Shown here: piece by piece, positions 51,160 to 62,051 of the stretch
Layout: each line of letters opens with the position of its first letter
How positions within the stretch are numbered: position 1 is the first letter of the stretch
Assembly: GCA_044222185.1 (NCBI GenBank)
Contig: JBGANV010000013.1
Location: 10,480 to 74,479, forward strand
Length of the DNA: 64,000 nt
Reading direction: 5' to 3'
From: Planctomycetota bacterium
GTDB taxonomy: Bacteria; Planctomycetota; GCA-002687715; CAIWVZ01
Position numbers and translations under genes: made by a program
Notes under the pieces: generated by a model
What the model was told of the DNA's origin: nothing
Database searches by the model: none
What the model saw: the letters and a program-made list of their open reading frames with translations, nothing else

Positions 51160-53552
51160 ACCTGCACCTCCTCCAAGCGAACGCCCTGCGCGAAGGCCTC
51201 GTCTTCCGGAGTGCTCCGGCAGCGTGGGTGATCTGGCTCGTGATCGTTCCCGCCGTGATCCTCTTCGCATGGTTCTTCTACAGGATGAGCGGCGATGCCT
51301 CGTCACTGGTGCGGCGCATCCTCACGGGCCTTCGCGTGCTCGTGATGGCCTTCGTGATCGCTCTCCTCATGAACCCGTCGACGGAGACGCAGCTCGTCGA
51401 CCGACAGAAGACGCTGGCCATCGTCATGTTCGACGTTTCCGCGTCGATGGATCATCACGACGATTACGAGACGTCCGCCGAACTCGCCCAGCAGACCCGC
51501 ACGGCGGCTGCTCTCCCGACCGACGCCCCGCTCGCGCTGAAGTCACGCCTCGATCTCGTGAAAGCCGTGCTCGACCGGCAGGACCGCAAGTTCCTCGACA
51601 AACTCGCCCAGGACCACGAGGTTCGGGTGTACGCCTTCAGTGAAGCGCTCCAGGGATTGCCGACGGGGGTGTCGGAGCTCGAAGCCCGCGGACGCTCGAC
51701 GGCGCTCGGCTCGGCCCTCGAACGCGTTCTGGAAGAGCCGGAAGTGAAGAGCCGACCCGTCGGCGGGATCGTCGTCATCACGGACGGCAAGAACACCTCT
51801 GGCCCGCCGCCGGACTCCGCGGCCGAGATCGCCGGTCGCCGGAAGATCCCGATCCACACCGTGGGCGTCGGTGACCCGCGCGCCATGCGCGACATCGAAC
51901 TCGTGACCTTGCGCGCCGACTCGGTCGTCCTCGTCGACGACGAGATGGTGCTCGACTTGAAGGTTCGCAATCACGGGTTTCCCACCTCTCCCGTGGAAGT
52001 GCGCCTCAGCGACACCAAGGACAACACGGTCTTCTTCCGCGAGATGAAGACGCTGGCCGAATCCGACGAGGACCAACTCCTCCAGATCCGCTACCGGCCG
52101 ACGAAGGTCGGCGACCAGCAGTGGCGCGTCGAGGTGAAGCCGCTCCCCGGCGAACACAGCACGGACAACAACTCGAAGATCCACGAAGTCCGCGTCCGCA
52201 GCAGCAAGCTCACGGTCCTGTACGTCGATGGGTATCCGCGCTGGGAGTACCGCAAGCTCAAGAACTTCCTGAAGCGCGCGGACGAGGCCTTCGACGCCTA
52301 CTGCCTCTTGCAGTCGGCCGAACCGCAGTTCATACAGGAGGCGTCCGAGAAGCTCCACCCGCTCACGGAGTTCCCCCAGACCGAGGCGGAGTTGATGAAG
52401 TTCGACGTCGTCCTCTTCGGCGACGTCGACCCCAACGACCGCGAGTACCTCGCGGCCGACACCGAGAAGCGCAAGAAGATCTTCGAGAACATCAAGAAGT
52501 TCGTCGAGAACGGCGGCGGGTTCGGGATGATCGCCGGTGCCAACTCGGCGCCACGAGCATTCAAGGACACGCCCATCGAGGACATCCTCCCGGTCGTCGT
52601 CGACCCGACGGAGGAGGCGCGTGGCCCGCGGGAGTACGTCACGACGTTCAAGCCCAAGCTCACGGTGCTCGGACGCCAGCACCCCATCATGCAGATCGAG
52701 GGTGACCCAGAGCGCAACGTCGCCTTGTGGGAACGCGAGGACACGGAGGTCCCGGGCTTCTATTGGTTCTCACGCATCAAGAAGGAGAAGCCGGGTGCGC
52801 GGGTTCTTGCGGTCCACCCGACGGAGCGCAACGAGCACGGCGCCTACCCGATCTTCGTGAGCGGCACCTACGGCAAGGGCCCCGTGCTCTTCTGCGGCGT
52901 CGACGAGATGTGGCGCTGGTTCTATCTGAACGGCCCCATCTACGCGCATCGCTTCTGGGGCAACATGGTCCGCTACCTCGGTCGTGCGCGGCTCTATTCC
53001 GGCGACAAGCGTTTCCAGCTCACCGCGAACCGCTCGCGCTACGAGGTGGGCGATCGAATCACGCTCACGGCGTACATCAAGGAGAACGACTACCGGCCTT
53101 CGGGCAAACCCGAACAGGAGATCACGCTTCGCTCGCCGGCCGGCGGGGGCAGCGACCAGCGGTTGTTCCTGAAGCAGCTCGAGCCCGGGGTCTTCCAGCG
53201 CTCACTCGCTGCGACGGACATCGGCGACTACCAAGCGTGGATCCTTCCCGAAGACAGCGTCTCGGACGACAAGATCTCCCCGGTCAGCTTCACGGTTTCG
53301 CTCTCGGACGTGGAACGGCGCGAGCCGATCCTGGATGAAGCCGCTCTCCGCGCGATCTCGAAGAAGTCGGGTGGGCGCTACGTGCCGCTTTCCCAGATCG
53401 ATTCGGTTCTCGATGCAGTGGGCGCGGAAACCGTGGAAATCCCCCGCCGCCGCGAGTTCCGGGACCTGCGCAAGGAGCCGTGGCTCCCGGCTCTGTTCCT
53501 GATCCTCATCACGTGCGAGTGGCTGATCCGGAAACGGTTCCGCTATCTCTGA
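51156..53552 (+). CDS. VWA + glutamine-amidotransferase-like membrane protein
   Basis: DVSASM, ITDG, YPRWEYR, GGGF.MIAG, WRW, EWLIRKR. Confidence 0.85.
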   Translation: MNLHLLQANALREGLVFRSAPAAWVIWLVIVPAVILFAWFFYRMSGDASSLVRRILTGLRVLVMAFVIALLMNPSTETQLVDRQKTLAIVMFDVSASMDHHDDYETSAELAQQTRTAAALPTDAPLALKSRLDLVKAVLDRQDRKFLDKLAQDHEVRVYAFSEALQGLPTGVSELEARGRSTALGSALERVLEEPEVKSRPVGGIVVITDGKNTSGPPPDSAAEIAGRRKIPIHTVGVGDPRAMRDIELVTLRADSVVLVDDEMVLDLKVRNHGFPTSPVEVRLSDTKDNTVFFREMKTLAESDEDQLLQIRYRPTKVGDQQWRVEVKPLPGEHSTDNNSKIHEVRVRSSKLTVLYVDGYPRWEYRKLKNFLKRADEAFDAYCLLQSAEPQFIQEASEKLHPLTEFPQTEAELMKFDVVLFGDVDPNDREYLAADTEKRKKIFENIKKFVENGGGFGMIAGANSAPRAFKDTPIEDILPVVVDPTEEARGPREYVTTFKPKLTVLGRQHPIMQIEGDPERNVALWEREDTEVPGFYWFSRIKKEKPGARVLAVHPTERNEHGAYPIFVSGTYGKGPVLFCGVDEMWRWFYLNGPIYAHRFWGNMVRYLGRARLYSGDKRFQLTANRSRYEVGDRITLTAYIKENDYRPSGKPEQEITLRSPAGGGSDQRLFLKQLEPGVFQRSLAATDIGDYQAWILPEDSVSDDKISPVSFTVSLSDVERREPILDEAALRAISKKSGGRYVPLSQIDSVLDAVGAETVEIPRRREFRDLRKEPWLPALFLILITCEWLIRKRFRYL

Positions 53553-53684
53553 GGGAGGCCGGGCGCTCGTCGCACGGCCGTTCATGCCACCACCGCGCGT
53601 CGGTTGGCTCGGGGCGATGGTTCCAATGGGTCCGTATACTGGGCCGGCCCGGGATCGGCCCGGTCTTTCAGCGGGATTCGTCGG

Positions 53685-56600
53685 ATGCTGCAGCGTTTCA
53701 GCTCGTGCGTCGTCCTGGTCGGGCTCGTCACCCTCAGCGGAGTGGTTCCGGCCCAGCGCGGGTTCCGTCAAACGACCCTCCAAAGCAGCAAGGTCACGGT
53801 CGCGGACGAGCTCGGCCGTGAACCTCTCGAAGTCGCCAGGCGCGCCGTCGAGGGCGGAGACCCTGAGCACGCCGTAACCGTCTACCAGGAGATCCTGGAC
53901 AAGCTGGCCGACAAGGTCGCGCCCGTGTTCCTCGCCCCGCGCCTGGGCACCGAGACGGACCACATCCTCCCACTCGATCGCTTCGCCGGCCTCCGCGACC
54001 ACGTCCAGTCGCTCCTGCGGGCGCTCCCTGCGGATGCTTTGGCGAAATACCACGAGCTGTCCGACCGCCGCGCCGCCGAGGCGCTGGACCGGGCCCTCGT
54101 CGCGAGGGACCCACTCGCGCTCCGCCAGATCGTGACGCGTTACTTCCTCACGCCCAGCGGACCCATCGCGCTGAACGCCCTCGCCGACATCTTCTTCGAA
54201 GACGGTCGCGTCGACGAAGCACTCGATCACGTGGATCGCCTCCTGGCGACGGTCGTGGCCACACCCGAGACCATGCCGGTCCGTGCGCGTGCGGCTCTCC
54301 GCAAGGGGCTCTGCATCTGCGCAAACGGGAACCGCGCGGCGCTCGAAGCGTTTCGCAAGTCCCTCGACGAGGGCCTCGCCTCCGCTCAACTCACGTTCGC
54401 GGACAAATCGCAGGCTCTCGGCGCCGCGATCGACGGGCTCATCGCGTCGACGGCATGGCCACCGGCACCGACGCCGATCGAGAAGTCCCTCACCTCATTC
54501 ACGAGTCATGCATGGGAGCCCCGCAACTTCGCCGTCCAGGAGGACGACGACGACATGGGGTTCGGGTACCGGATGCAGCCCGCGTACGCGCGCCACAACC
54601 TGGGCTACTACCCGGTCATCCCGGCGGTCTCGGACACGGCGATCTACATGTGCGACGGCCTGCGGATCGAGGGCATCAGCCTGACGACCCGCCAGCAGCT
54701 CTGGCCGGCGATCGAGGGCCAGCTCAGTCAATTCCAGGGGCTGCGTAACTGGAACGCGCAGCATGAAGTCGTCTTCGACCGAGGGCTGATCTTCGCGAGC
54801 CTCGAAGACGAGCCCGAGATGAAGGGCGAGGCTCGCAATCTCACACTGGGATTCCGCCCGAGGGAGACGATCGCCGTCCGCAAGCTCTACGCCGTCGATG
54901 CGCAGACCGGCGAGGTGAAGTGGACGCATGCACGCTTCACGAACGCGAAGAACGAGGACGAGCGTGCCTTCATCGATCGGATCAGCGTCAACACCCCGCC
55001 CCTCGTCCAGGGCGACCGGGTCTACGTCGCGGCGACCTACTACCAGGGCGGCTTCCGAAACTGGCTCTGCTGCTTCGATCGCGACACGGGCGGAGTGATC
55101 TGGCGAACCTACATCGCCCAGGGGCAGGCCGAGCTCAACATGTTCGGCAATCCCATCAAGGAAATCGTGCCGGGCCACGTAGGAGCTGCGAACGGGCTGG
55201 TCGTCTACGCAACGAATCTGGGCGTCGCCGCGGCGGTCGACGCCACGACGGGAACGCCTCGATGGGTCACGGCCTACGACCAGGTGCCCGTGCCGTCGAG
55301 CGACGGGACCCGGTCCGTCGAGCGCACGCCAACGTGGGCCGGAAGCCGCCCCCAGTTTTTCGGGAAGCGCGTCTACATCGCTCCGTCCGACGCCTATCAC
55401 GTGTTCGCCTTCGACGTCGAGAGCGGCGAACCCTCGATCGTTCCAGGGGCGAGCTGCACGTCCGCCAACGCATTCCGGCACATGGTCGGTGTCTTCGACG
55501 GAACGCTGATCGTCGCCGGCCGCGAGGTCCACGCGTTCGACCTCACGACGCCCGCGCCGACCCTCAAATGGAACACGGCCGCGACGGATGGCGCCGGCGG
55601 CGGATACGGCGACATCCTGGGCCGCCCCGGCGTCGCCGGGGAAGAGATCTTCTACTTCCGCCCGTCTTCCGGGGGGAATCGCGGAGGACGTTCCGAGCTG
55701 CGCCAGTACAACATCCGCTCCGGCCGACTGATCGGGCGCAAGGTGTTCGAGGGGCCGGACATCGTCACGGGCAACATCGTCTTCTCGCAGGATGCGACCG
55801 TCGTCGCAGGCGAACGGCGGCTCGGCGCCTATTTCGACATCAACGAGATGGCGACGAAGCTGAAGGCCGGCATCGCGGCCCACCCGGATGACGCAGGCCT
55901 GCAACTCCGCCTCGGACAGCTCCTCCTCCAATCGCGGGAGGTGAATGGCGCCGTCGCCGCCTTCGAGCGCGCACGCACGCTCGCAACCTCGCGTGGTCCG
56001 CAGGCCGAGGTGATCCGCAGTGCGGCGACGCAGGCGCTGTTCAACATCCTCTTGGACGTGGCCCGCGACCCGACGCAGGGGTCGAACCTGCCGGGGACGA
56101 CACCCGAGCGGTTCGCGAAGGCGTTCGAGTTCGCGACGGGGTCGCGCCAGCAGGTGCTCACGCTCTACCGCCAGATGATCTGGGGGATGGAGACCGGAAA
56201 ACTGGACCTGTTCCGCGACACGGCGAACCGCATCCTCGCCGACTTCCCCGACGAGATCATCACGATCGACACGGAGATCTCCCGGTCCTTGCCGCAGTTC
56301 GCGCCGGGGTCCGTGCAGCGCGCGGGGCTGCTCGCGTCCGTGCTCGGCGCCGTCGTCCTCGACGAAGCGCACCGCGGGGCCGACGCCGTCGCGTTCTACC
56401 AGCAGGCCCTGCACCGCTACGCGGACGAGACCATCGGGCAGACGTTCGGCAACGCGACGACGATCTGGCGCTTCGCCTTCGATCACATCCAGGCTCTCGT
56501 GGCATCCGCCGGTCCGAAGGCCTACGAAGCCCAGGAACGCGCCGCCAAGGACCTCCTCGCCGACGGCAAGACGGGGAACCTCGACGCGCTGCGAGCCGTC

Positions 56601-58217
56601 CTCGATCGCTACCCGAACTCCGGCGCCGTCGACGAGGCGTACCTGGAGCTCTCGCGCCGACTGCGTGAATCGAAGCGTGACCGCGAGGCCCTCGCCGCGG
56701 TACAGAAACAGCTGTCGCGTTTCGGTGCGGCGTCCATCGCGTTGCTGATCGAGCTCTCGCGTTCGCTGGAATCCGCGCAGTGTCTCGAATCGGCTCGAGA
56801 CATCCTGCGTGCCATGCGGGACGTCCGTGGCTCGGACCCCGTCACGATCGACGGCCAGGTGACGACCGCCGGCGCGTACGCCCAGGCGCAGCTGGCTCGT
56901 CCCGAATTCGCAGCCTTCGACCGCCCCATGCCGATCCCCGAGGTTCCGCTCGGCTTGCCACAAAGATGGGTGGAACAACCGTCGGCGCCGGGCGATGCCG
57001 TCGATCTGATCGTCCCTCAGGGGCGTCGCCCGACGGCGGCGGATTCCATCGTCCTCGTCCACCGCGATGCCGAGCTGCGTGGACTCGATCTGGATTCGGC
57101 CAGCATCCGCTGGCGCCGGCCGGTCAGGGACACCGATGCCCTTTCCACGCTCTGGCACGACGGTCGCTTGATCTGCGTCCTCGACGGAGAGCTCGCGTGC
57201 CTCGATCCCGTTCGCGGCACCGAGCTCTGGCGCTCGCCGCTCGGCCGGGCGCGCGTCATCGGAATGCACGCCGCGCACGGCAAGGTGTACATGCTCGTCC
57301 GGGACGCGAGCATCGCTCGGGGGATCCTCGTGCGGTCATTCGACATCGTCTCCGGTGACAAGGTCCGCGACGTCCAGCTTCCCACATCCGGCAGTCCGGG
57401 CATGGCGGATCCCCTCGGCGCCACGTCCTTCGAGTCGAGTGCTGCCTGGCTCCTCGTTCGCCTGGACCAGAGCGCCGGCGCATGCGCCGTCCTCGATGGA
57501 ATCACGGGCGACATCGTCACGACGCAACCAGCCAACTCCGCGCCAGCACTTCCGCCGCTCCTTTCCGCCAACAACCTGCTCGTCACCTCCGCGCGCCTGC
57601 CGGCGCAGGGAACGTCGGCCGACTTCGTACTTCAGGGACGAGATCCGCGAACCAAATCGGTGGTTTGGACGGCCAAGCTCGAGAAGTTGACGAAGTGCGA
57701 TGCCGTGTACGCCGACGGCCGCACGGTCGTGTTGAGCACGCGAACCGGTGGCGACCGCGATCGGTCGATCGTGAAGCGCGACCTCGTCGCGTTCGACATC
57801 ACGGCGGGCACATCGCGCCTGAACCTGTCCCTTCGCGCCACGGACATCCCCTACCAGGCGCTCGTCGCCGGGGACATCCTCTACGCCATCATCGGTCTGC
57901 CGGACGGCAAACGGTTCGTCCGCGCCTATGACACGGCGAAGAACGAGCACCTGTGGGATTCGGTCACCTACAGCGGTCAGTACCTGTCGGTCCATGTGGT
58001 TCCGACGAAGGAGTTTGCGGTCGTCCGCACGGGCTCGCGAGATACGGCGACCGACCGCCGGACCGACACCGTCCAGTTCTTCGACGTCCGTACGGGACTC
58101 CTCAAGGACGCCTTCAAGATCGAGAACACGCACTTCCCGGCCGGCGAGATCGACATGGAGGCTCGCGACCACGCGCTCGTTATTCACGGGGGCGCACAAG
58201 TCCTGGTCCGCCGCTGA
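53685..58217 (+). CDS. Large exported PQQ-like beta-propeller/TPR protein
   Basis: Repeated A.DA.TG..KW motifs with TPR helices. Signal peptide. Confidence 0.8.
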   Translation: MLQRFSSCVVLVGLVTLSGVVPAQRGFRQTTLQSSKVTVADELGREPLEVARRAVEGGDPEHAVTVYQEILDKLADKVAPVFLAPRLGTETDHILPLDRFAGLRDHVQSLLRALPADALAKYHELSDRRAAEALDRALVARDPLALRQIVTRYFLTPSGPIALNALADIFFEDGRVDEALDHVDRLLATVVATPETMPVRARAALRKGLCICANGNRAALEAFRKSLDEGLASAQLTFADKSQALGAAIDGLIASTAWPPAPTPIEKSLTSFTSHAWEPRNFAVQEDDDDMGFGYRMQPAYARHNLGYYPVIPAVSDTAIYMCDGLRIEGISLTTRQQLWPAIEGQLSQFQGLRNWNAQHEVVFDRGLIFASLEDEPEMKGEARNLTLGFRPRETIAVRKLYAVDAQTGEVKWTHARFTNAKNEDERAFIDRISVNTPPLVQGDRVYVAATYYQGGFRNWLCCFDRDTGGVIWRTYIAQGQAELNMFGNPIKEIVPGHVGAANGLVVYATNLGVAAAVDATTGTPRWVTAYDQVPVPSSDGTRSVERTPTWAGSRPQFFGKRVYIAPSDAYHVFAFDVESGEPSIVPGASCTSANAFRHMVGVFDGTLIVAGREVHAFDLTTPAPTLKWNTAATDGAGGGYGDILGRPGVAGEEIFYFRPSSGGNRGGRSELRQYNIRSGRLIGRKVFEGPDIVTGNIVFSQDATVVAGERRLGAYFDINEMATKLKAGIAAHPDDAGLQLRLGQLLLQSREVNGAVAAFERARTLATSRGPQAEVIRSAATQALFNILLDVARDPTQGSNLPGTTPERFAKAFEFATGSRQQVLTLYRQMIWGMETGKLDLFRDTANRILADFPDEIITIDTEISRSLPQFAPGSVQRAGLLASVLGAVVLDEAHRGADAVAFYQQALHRYADETIGQTFGNATTIWRFAFDHIQALVASAGPKAYEAQERAAKDLLADGKTGNLDALRAVLDRYPNSGAVDEAYLELSRRLRESKRDREALAAVQKQLSRFGAASIALLIELSRSLESAQCLESARDILRAMRDVRGSDPVTIDGQVTTAGAYAQAQLARPEFAAFDRPMPIPEVPLGLPQRWVEQPSAPGDAVDLIVPQGRRPTAADSIVLVHRDAELRGLDLDSASIRWRRPVRDTDALSTLWHDGRLICVLDGELACLDPVRGTELWRSPLGRARVIGMHAAHGKVYMLVRDASIARGILVRSFDIVSGDKVRDVQLPTSGSPGMADPLGATSFESSAAWLLVRLDQSAGACAVLDGITGDIVTTQPANSAPALPPLLSANNLLVTSARLPAQGTSADFVLQGRDPRTKSVVWTAKLEKLTKCDAVYADGRTVVLSTRTGGDRDRSIVKRDLVAFDITAGTSRLNLSLRATDIPYQALVAGDILYAIIGLPDGKRFVRAYDTAKNEHLWDSVTYSGQYLSVHVVPTKEFAVVRTGSRDTATDRRTDTVQFFDVRTGLLKDAFKIENTHFPAGEIDMEARDHALVIHGGAQVLVRR

Positions 58218-58235
58218 TCGAAAGGAAACGAGGCC

Positions 58236-59543
58236 ATGAGTGATCGTCTCGCGAACGTCTCCCCACGCATGTGGCTTGCCACCCTCGGGATCACGGCCAT
58301 CGTGACCTCCGTCGCCGTTTTCCGGCCAGACCGTTCGCCCGAGGTCGTGCCGAGCGCCGGCTGGACGGCCGGGCAGCCGGCAACGGCCGAAGCCTCGCCT
58401 CGCGTCGTGCCGGCCGCACAGCCGCTCCCGACCCCTCAGCCGACCCCCATCCACCCCGTGGTGAACGGCGATGTCGTGATGCTCGGCGAAGCGCCAGAGC
58501 CACGCCGCGGGGCCGTCGAGCCGGTCGAGCCAGCGCCGCCGTATGCCGAAGACGAGGCGGTCCGGATCGCCATCGAAAAATCGCTCCGCTACCTCGCCAA
58601 GTCGCAGTCGGCGTCTGGCGCCTGGGTCCAGAACATCGGATACAAGTTCAACGAGCAGTACGTGGTGACGGCCGCGGACAAGCCGGACGTGGGCGTGAGC
58701 TCGCTCGCACTCATGGCGTTCCTCTCGGGCGGATACATGCCCGGGCGTGGCCAATACGGCAAGGTCGTCGAACGGGGCACGGACTTCGTCCTCGCCTGTG
58801 TCGACGGCGACAACGGGTACATCAACGCCAACGGTTCGCGCATGTACTCGCACGCGTTCGCCACGCTCTTCCTCGCCGAGATCTACGGGATGACGCACCG
58901 GGCGGACGTGAAGACCAAGCTCCAGCTCGCCGTCAACCTCACGGTCGAGTCGCAGAACACCCAGGGAAGCTGGCGCTACGAGCCCAACTCCCCCGAGTCG
59001 GACATGTCGATCACCGTGTGCCAGATCATGGCCCTGCGCGCGGCCCGCAACATCGGGATCAAGGTGTCGAAGAGCACCATCGACCGCGCGTACGACTACG
59101 TGATCCGTTCAGCGATCACGAGCGGGTCGGACCGTGGCGGGTTCAAGTACCAGGAGAAGGACAGCACGCGCACCTCGTTCTCCCTCACGGCCGCTGGCGT
59201 CGCGACCCTGCACAACACGGGAACGTACGACCACGCGCTCATCCGCGCCGGCATCGAGTACCTGAAGGGCGAGTTCGACGACCTGGTCAAGTTCCACGAC
59301 GAGCACTACTTCTTCTGGTACGGGAACTACTACGCCTCGCAGGTGTTCTTCACGGCAGCCGACACGGGCCAGAACAACTGGGACAACTTCTATTGGCCCA
59401 GGATCCGGGCCCACCTCCTCCGGCGCCAGGTCGAAAATGGCTCGTGGCGCAACAACGTGGGTCCGGGCAACGTCTTCTCGACTGCCGTCGCCGCGATCAT
59501 CCTGCAGATTCCCTACCAGTATCTGCCGATCTTCCAGCGGTAG
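58236..59543 (+). CDS. Prenyltransferase/squalene-oxidase repeat protein
   Basis: YLAKSQ...G.W, MYSHAFATL, Q...GSWRY, Q..NGSW QW-type repeats. Confidence 0.9.
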   Translation: MSDRLANVSPRMWLATLGITAIVTSVAVFRPDRSPEVVPSAGWTAGQPATAEASPRVVPAAQPLPTPQPTPIHPVVNGDVVMLGEAPEPRRGAVEPVEPAPPYAEDEAVRIAIEKSLRYLAKSQSASGAWVQNIGYKFNEQYVVTAADKPDVGVSSLALMAFLSGGYMPGRGQYGKVVERGTDFVLACVDGDNGYINANGSRMYSHAFATLFLAEIYGMTHRADVKTKLQLAVNLTVESQNTQGSWRYEPNSPESDMSITVCQIMALRAARNIGIKVSKSTIDRAYDYVIRSAITSGSDRGGFKYQEKDSTRTSFSLTAAGVATLHNTGTYDHALIRAGIEYLKGEFDDLVKFHDEHYFFWYGNYYASQVFFTAADTGQNNWDNFYWPRIRAHLLRRQVENGSWRNNVGPGNVFSTAVAAIILQIPYQYLPIFQR

Positions 59544-59715
59544 GCCCGGGGTGCTCGGCCGGTCGGGGTCGGAGGGACCCCGGCGCCCCCCCAGGTCGCG
59601 CTGCCAGGGGGTTGCCCGGCGAAAGCGTCCGTATAATCCCAGGCCTCACGTGACCGGGACGTCGAAGCGTCCGGCGCCGTGATGGACGGGCGCTCCTCAC
59701 CGACCGCAGCCCTCG

Positions 59716-62040
59716 ATGGGCGACGATGACGAACTGATGACATTCGACTCCCTCCTCGGACGCTTGGACGCCCTCGGGCGCCGCCGTCGCCTCCTCTTCG
59801 GCGCCATCGGTGCGGCCAAGACCGCCCAGGTTGCCGTCGGCCTCGCCCTCCTGACGTTCGTTCTCGACTGGCTGTTCAAGCTCCCGGTTGGCGTGCGCGT
59901 CGTCATGGCGGCCTTCGCCGTCGCCGCCGGACTCCTCTACGTCGTCCGCGGGTTCATCCGCCCCGTGACGAGGCCCGTCTCGGCCGACGAGCTCGCGCTC
60001 CTCGTCGAGAAGTCGGATCCCGCGCTCAACGACAGCTTGATCTCGGCGCTGCAATTCCAACGGGCGGCCGCAGCGGGCACCGCGTCCGAGTCGCCGGCAC
60101 TCATCCAGCTCACGGTCGACGAGGCGGTGAAGGCGCTCGGGCAGCGGAGCTTCTCCAACGCCGTCAGCCTGACGCCCGCATTCAAGCCGGCGCTCGCCGC
60201 CGCGGCGATCGTCCTCACGGCCACTTGCGGGTGGCTCAGCTACCCCGAGATGGGCCGGCTCTGGCTCGACCGGTTCGTTCTCTTCCGCAACACTCCGTGG
60301 CCCAAGCGGACCAACCTCAAGATCGTCATCGTCGACCAGGACAAGTTCACGGTCTCCGAGGAGGCGGGACGCACCGTCATCCACGTGCCCGAGCGGTCGC
60401 CGCTGCACGTGCAAGTGAACTCGGAAGGTGTCGTTCCCTCGGACGTGGAGCTCGTCACTTCCGGCCTCGACGACCGCAGTGAGGAGCAACGGTTCTCCAT
60501 GGGGCGTCCCGCGGGCAAGGACTTCTTCCAGCACATCTTCCCGCCGCTCACTCAGTCGATCGTCATGCACGCCGTCGGCGGCGACGACCAGGACGACGAT
60601 CCGACCGTGGAGATTCGCGTGGCACGCGCTCCGCGCGTGCAGAAGTTCTGGGTCGATTACGAGTACCCGAGCTACACGGGGCTCACGCCACGCACGCTGC
60701 CGGACGCGAACATCTCGGCCCCCGAAGGCACCCGTCTCACGTTCCACTTCCAGGTGAACATGCCGCTCCAGGGCTTCGACCTCGCCTTCGAGAAGGCCGG
60801 GTCCCAACCCATGTCGCCGGGAGCCGACGGGAGCTTCACGCGAACCCTGATCGTCGAGCAGAGCGACTTCTACACCTACAGGCTGACGGGCGAGAACGGG
60901 ATCGCCTCCGTCGACGTCCCGCGCTACGTCATCACGGCGGAACCCGACCAGACACCGCGCGTACAAGTGGACCTGCCGGGATCCGACTCGCTCATCTGCA
61001 CGCCGGACGCGGTCATCCCCCTGCGCGGAACGGCGACCGATGACTACGGCATCGCCAAGCTGGCCCTTCGGTGGGGCGCGACGGACGACACGCTCCCGCT
61101 CGCCGTCGACATCGCCGGCGACGCGTTGCTCTCGCCCATGGGTGGACGCTCCGTGTCGTTCTATCGGGACCTGACGCTTCGCGACCTGTCGCCGCCCGCC
61201 GGCCCGGAGTCGCGCCCTGCCGGAACTGCCGCAGGACTCGCCGTGGGTGACCAGTTCCGGTTCAAGTTCCTCGCGACGGACAACCGGGTCACGCCGACCC
61301 AGCCCGAGCCACACCGCCAGTTCGGCGATCACACCTACATGGTGCAGGTGCTCGCCCCGACCGAAGTCGAGCGCGAGCTCGCTCAGCGGCAGTCGCGTCT
61401 GCGTGAGCGGGTCAACGAAATCCTCGTGCTCGCCCAGGCGCGCAAGCAGGAGACCGACGACGTCCGTGACTCCCTGTCGAGGAAGGAGATGGACGCGAAG
61501 GTCGCAGCCGACAAACTCATCGCCATCGAGTCGGGACAGACTCGTGTCTCCACGGAGCTGGCGGGGGCGACTCGGCAATTCATGCGCGTCTTCGACGGTT
61601 ATCTGTACAACCGGCTCGATCCCGGGAACCTGACCGAGAAGCTCCTCACCGTTCTTGGAGGCCTCTACAGGACGTCCGGCGAAGCCGATCCGTTCAAGCT
61701 CTACGGGCAGGCGGTCGCCACGGTCCGCCCGCAGGCCAGCGAGGCGGAGGTCATGGGGCGCCTCACCGTGATCGTCGAGATCTTCCTCCGCAGCGCGGCG
61801 GAACGATCTCCCGAAGCCGCGCGTCGATTGGGGCAGGCGGGGCTCGTCTCCGCCAAGCCTGAGTGCGTCGACATGCTCCGCAGCGCCGGTGAAATGCAAC
61901 AACTCCTCATCGAGGACCTGAAATTGCTCGAAGAGAAGCTGGAAGCCTGGGAGGACTACCTCGACGTCGTCCAAGGCGTGCGCGATCTGATCGAAGCGCA
62001 GCAAGGGATCAAGAAGAAGGCAGAACAGCTCACCAAGTGA
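59716..62040 (+). CDS. Membrane protein with Ig-like and coiled-coil regions (DUF4175-like)
   Basis: N-terminal TM segments, LISALQF, YPSYTG, ATDDYGI. Confidence 0.75.
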   Translation: MGDDDELMTFDSLLGRLDALGRRRRLLFGAIGAAKTAQVAVGLALLTFVLDWLFKLPVGVRVVMAAFAVAAGLLYVVRGFIRPVTRPVSADELALLVEKSDPALNDSLISALQFQRAAAAGTASESPALIQLTVDEAVKALGQRSFSNAVSLTPAFKPALAAAAIVLTATCGWLSYPEMGRLWLDRFVLFRNTPWPKRTNLKIVIVDQDKFTVSEEAGRTVIHVPERSPLHVQVNSEGVVPSDVELVTSGLDDRSEEQRFSMGRPAGKDFFQHIFPPLTQSIVMHAVGGDDQDDDPTVEIRVARAPRVQKFWVDYEYPSYTGLTPRTLPDANISAPEGTRLTFHFQVNMPLQGFDLAFEKAGSQPMSPGADGSFTRTLIVEQSDFYTYRLTGENGIASVDVPRYVITAEPDQTPRVQVDLPGSDSLICTPDAVIPLRGTATDDYGIAKLALRWGATDDTLPLAVDIAGDALLSPMGGRSVSFYRDLTLRDLSPPAGPESRPAGTAAGLAVGDQFRFKFLATDNRVTPTQPEPHRQFGDHTYMVQVLAPTEVERELAQRQSRLRERVNEILVLAQARKQETDDVRDSLSRKEMDAKVAADKLIAIESGQTRVSTELAGATRQFMRVFDGYLYNRLDPGNLTEKLLTVLGGLYRTSGEADPFKLYGQAVATVRPQASEAEVMGRLTVIVEIFLRSAAERSPEAARRLGQAGLVSAKPECVDMLRSAGEMQQLLIEDLKLLEEKLEAWEDYLDVVQGVRDLIEAQQGIKKKAEQLTK

Positions 62041-62051
62041 GAGGGTCGCAC

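Noticed and set aside
59612-59637. Sigma70 promoter before 59716
   Set aside because: A perfect TATAAT is present, but the TTGCCC candidate is only 14 bp away, so it is not called.
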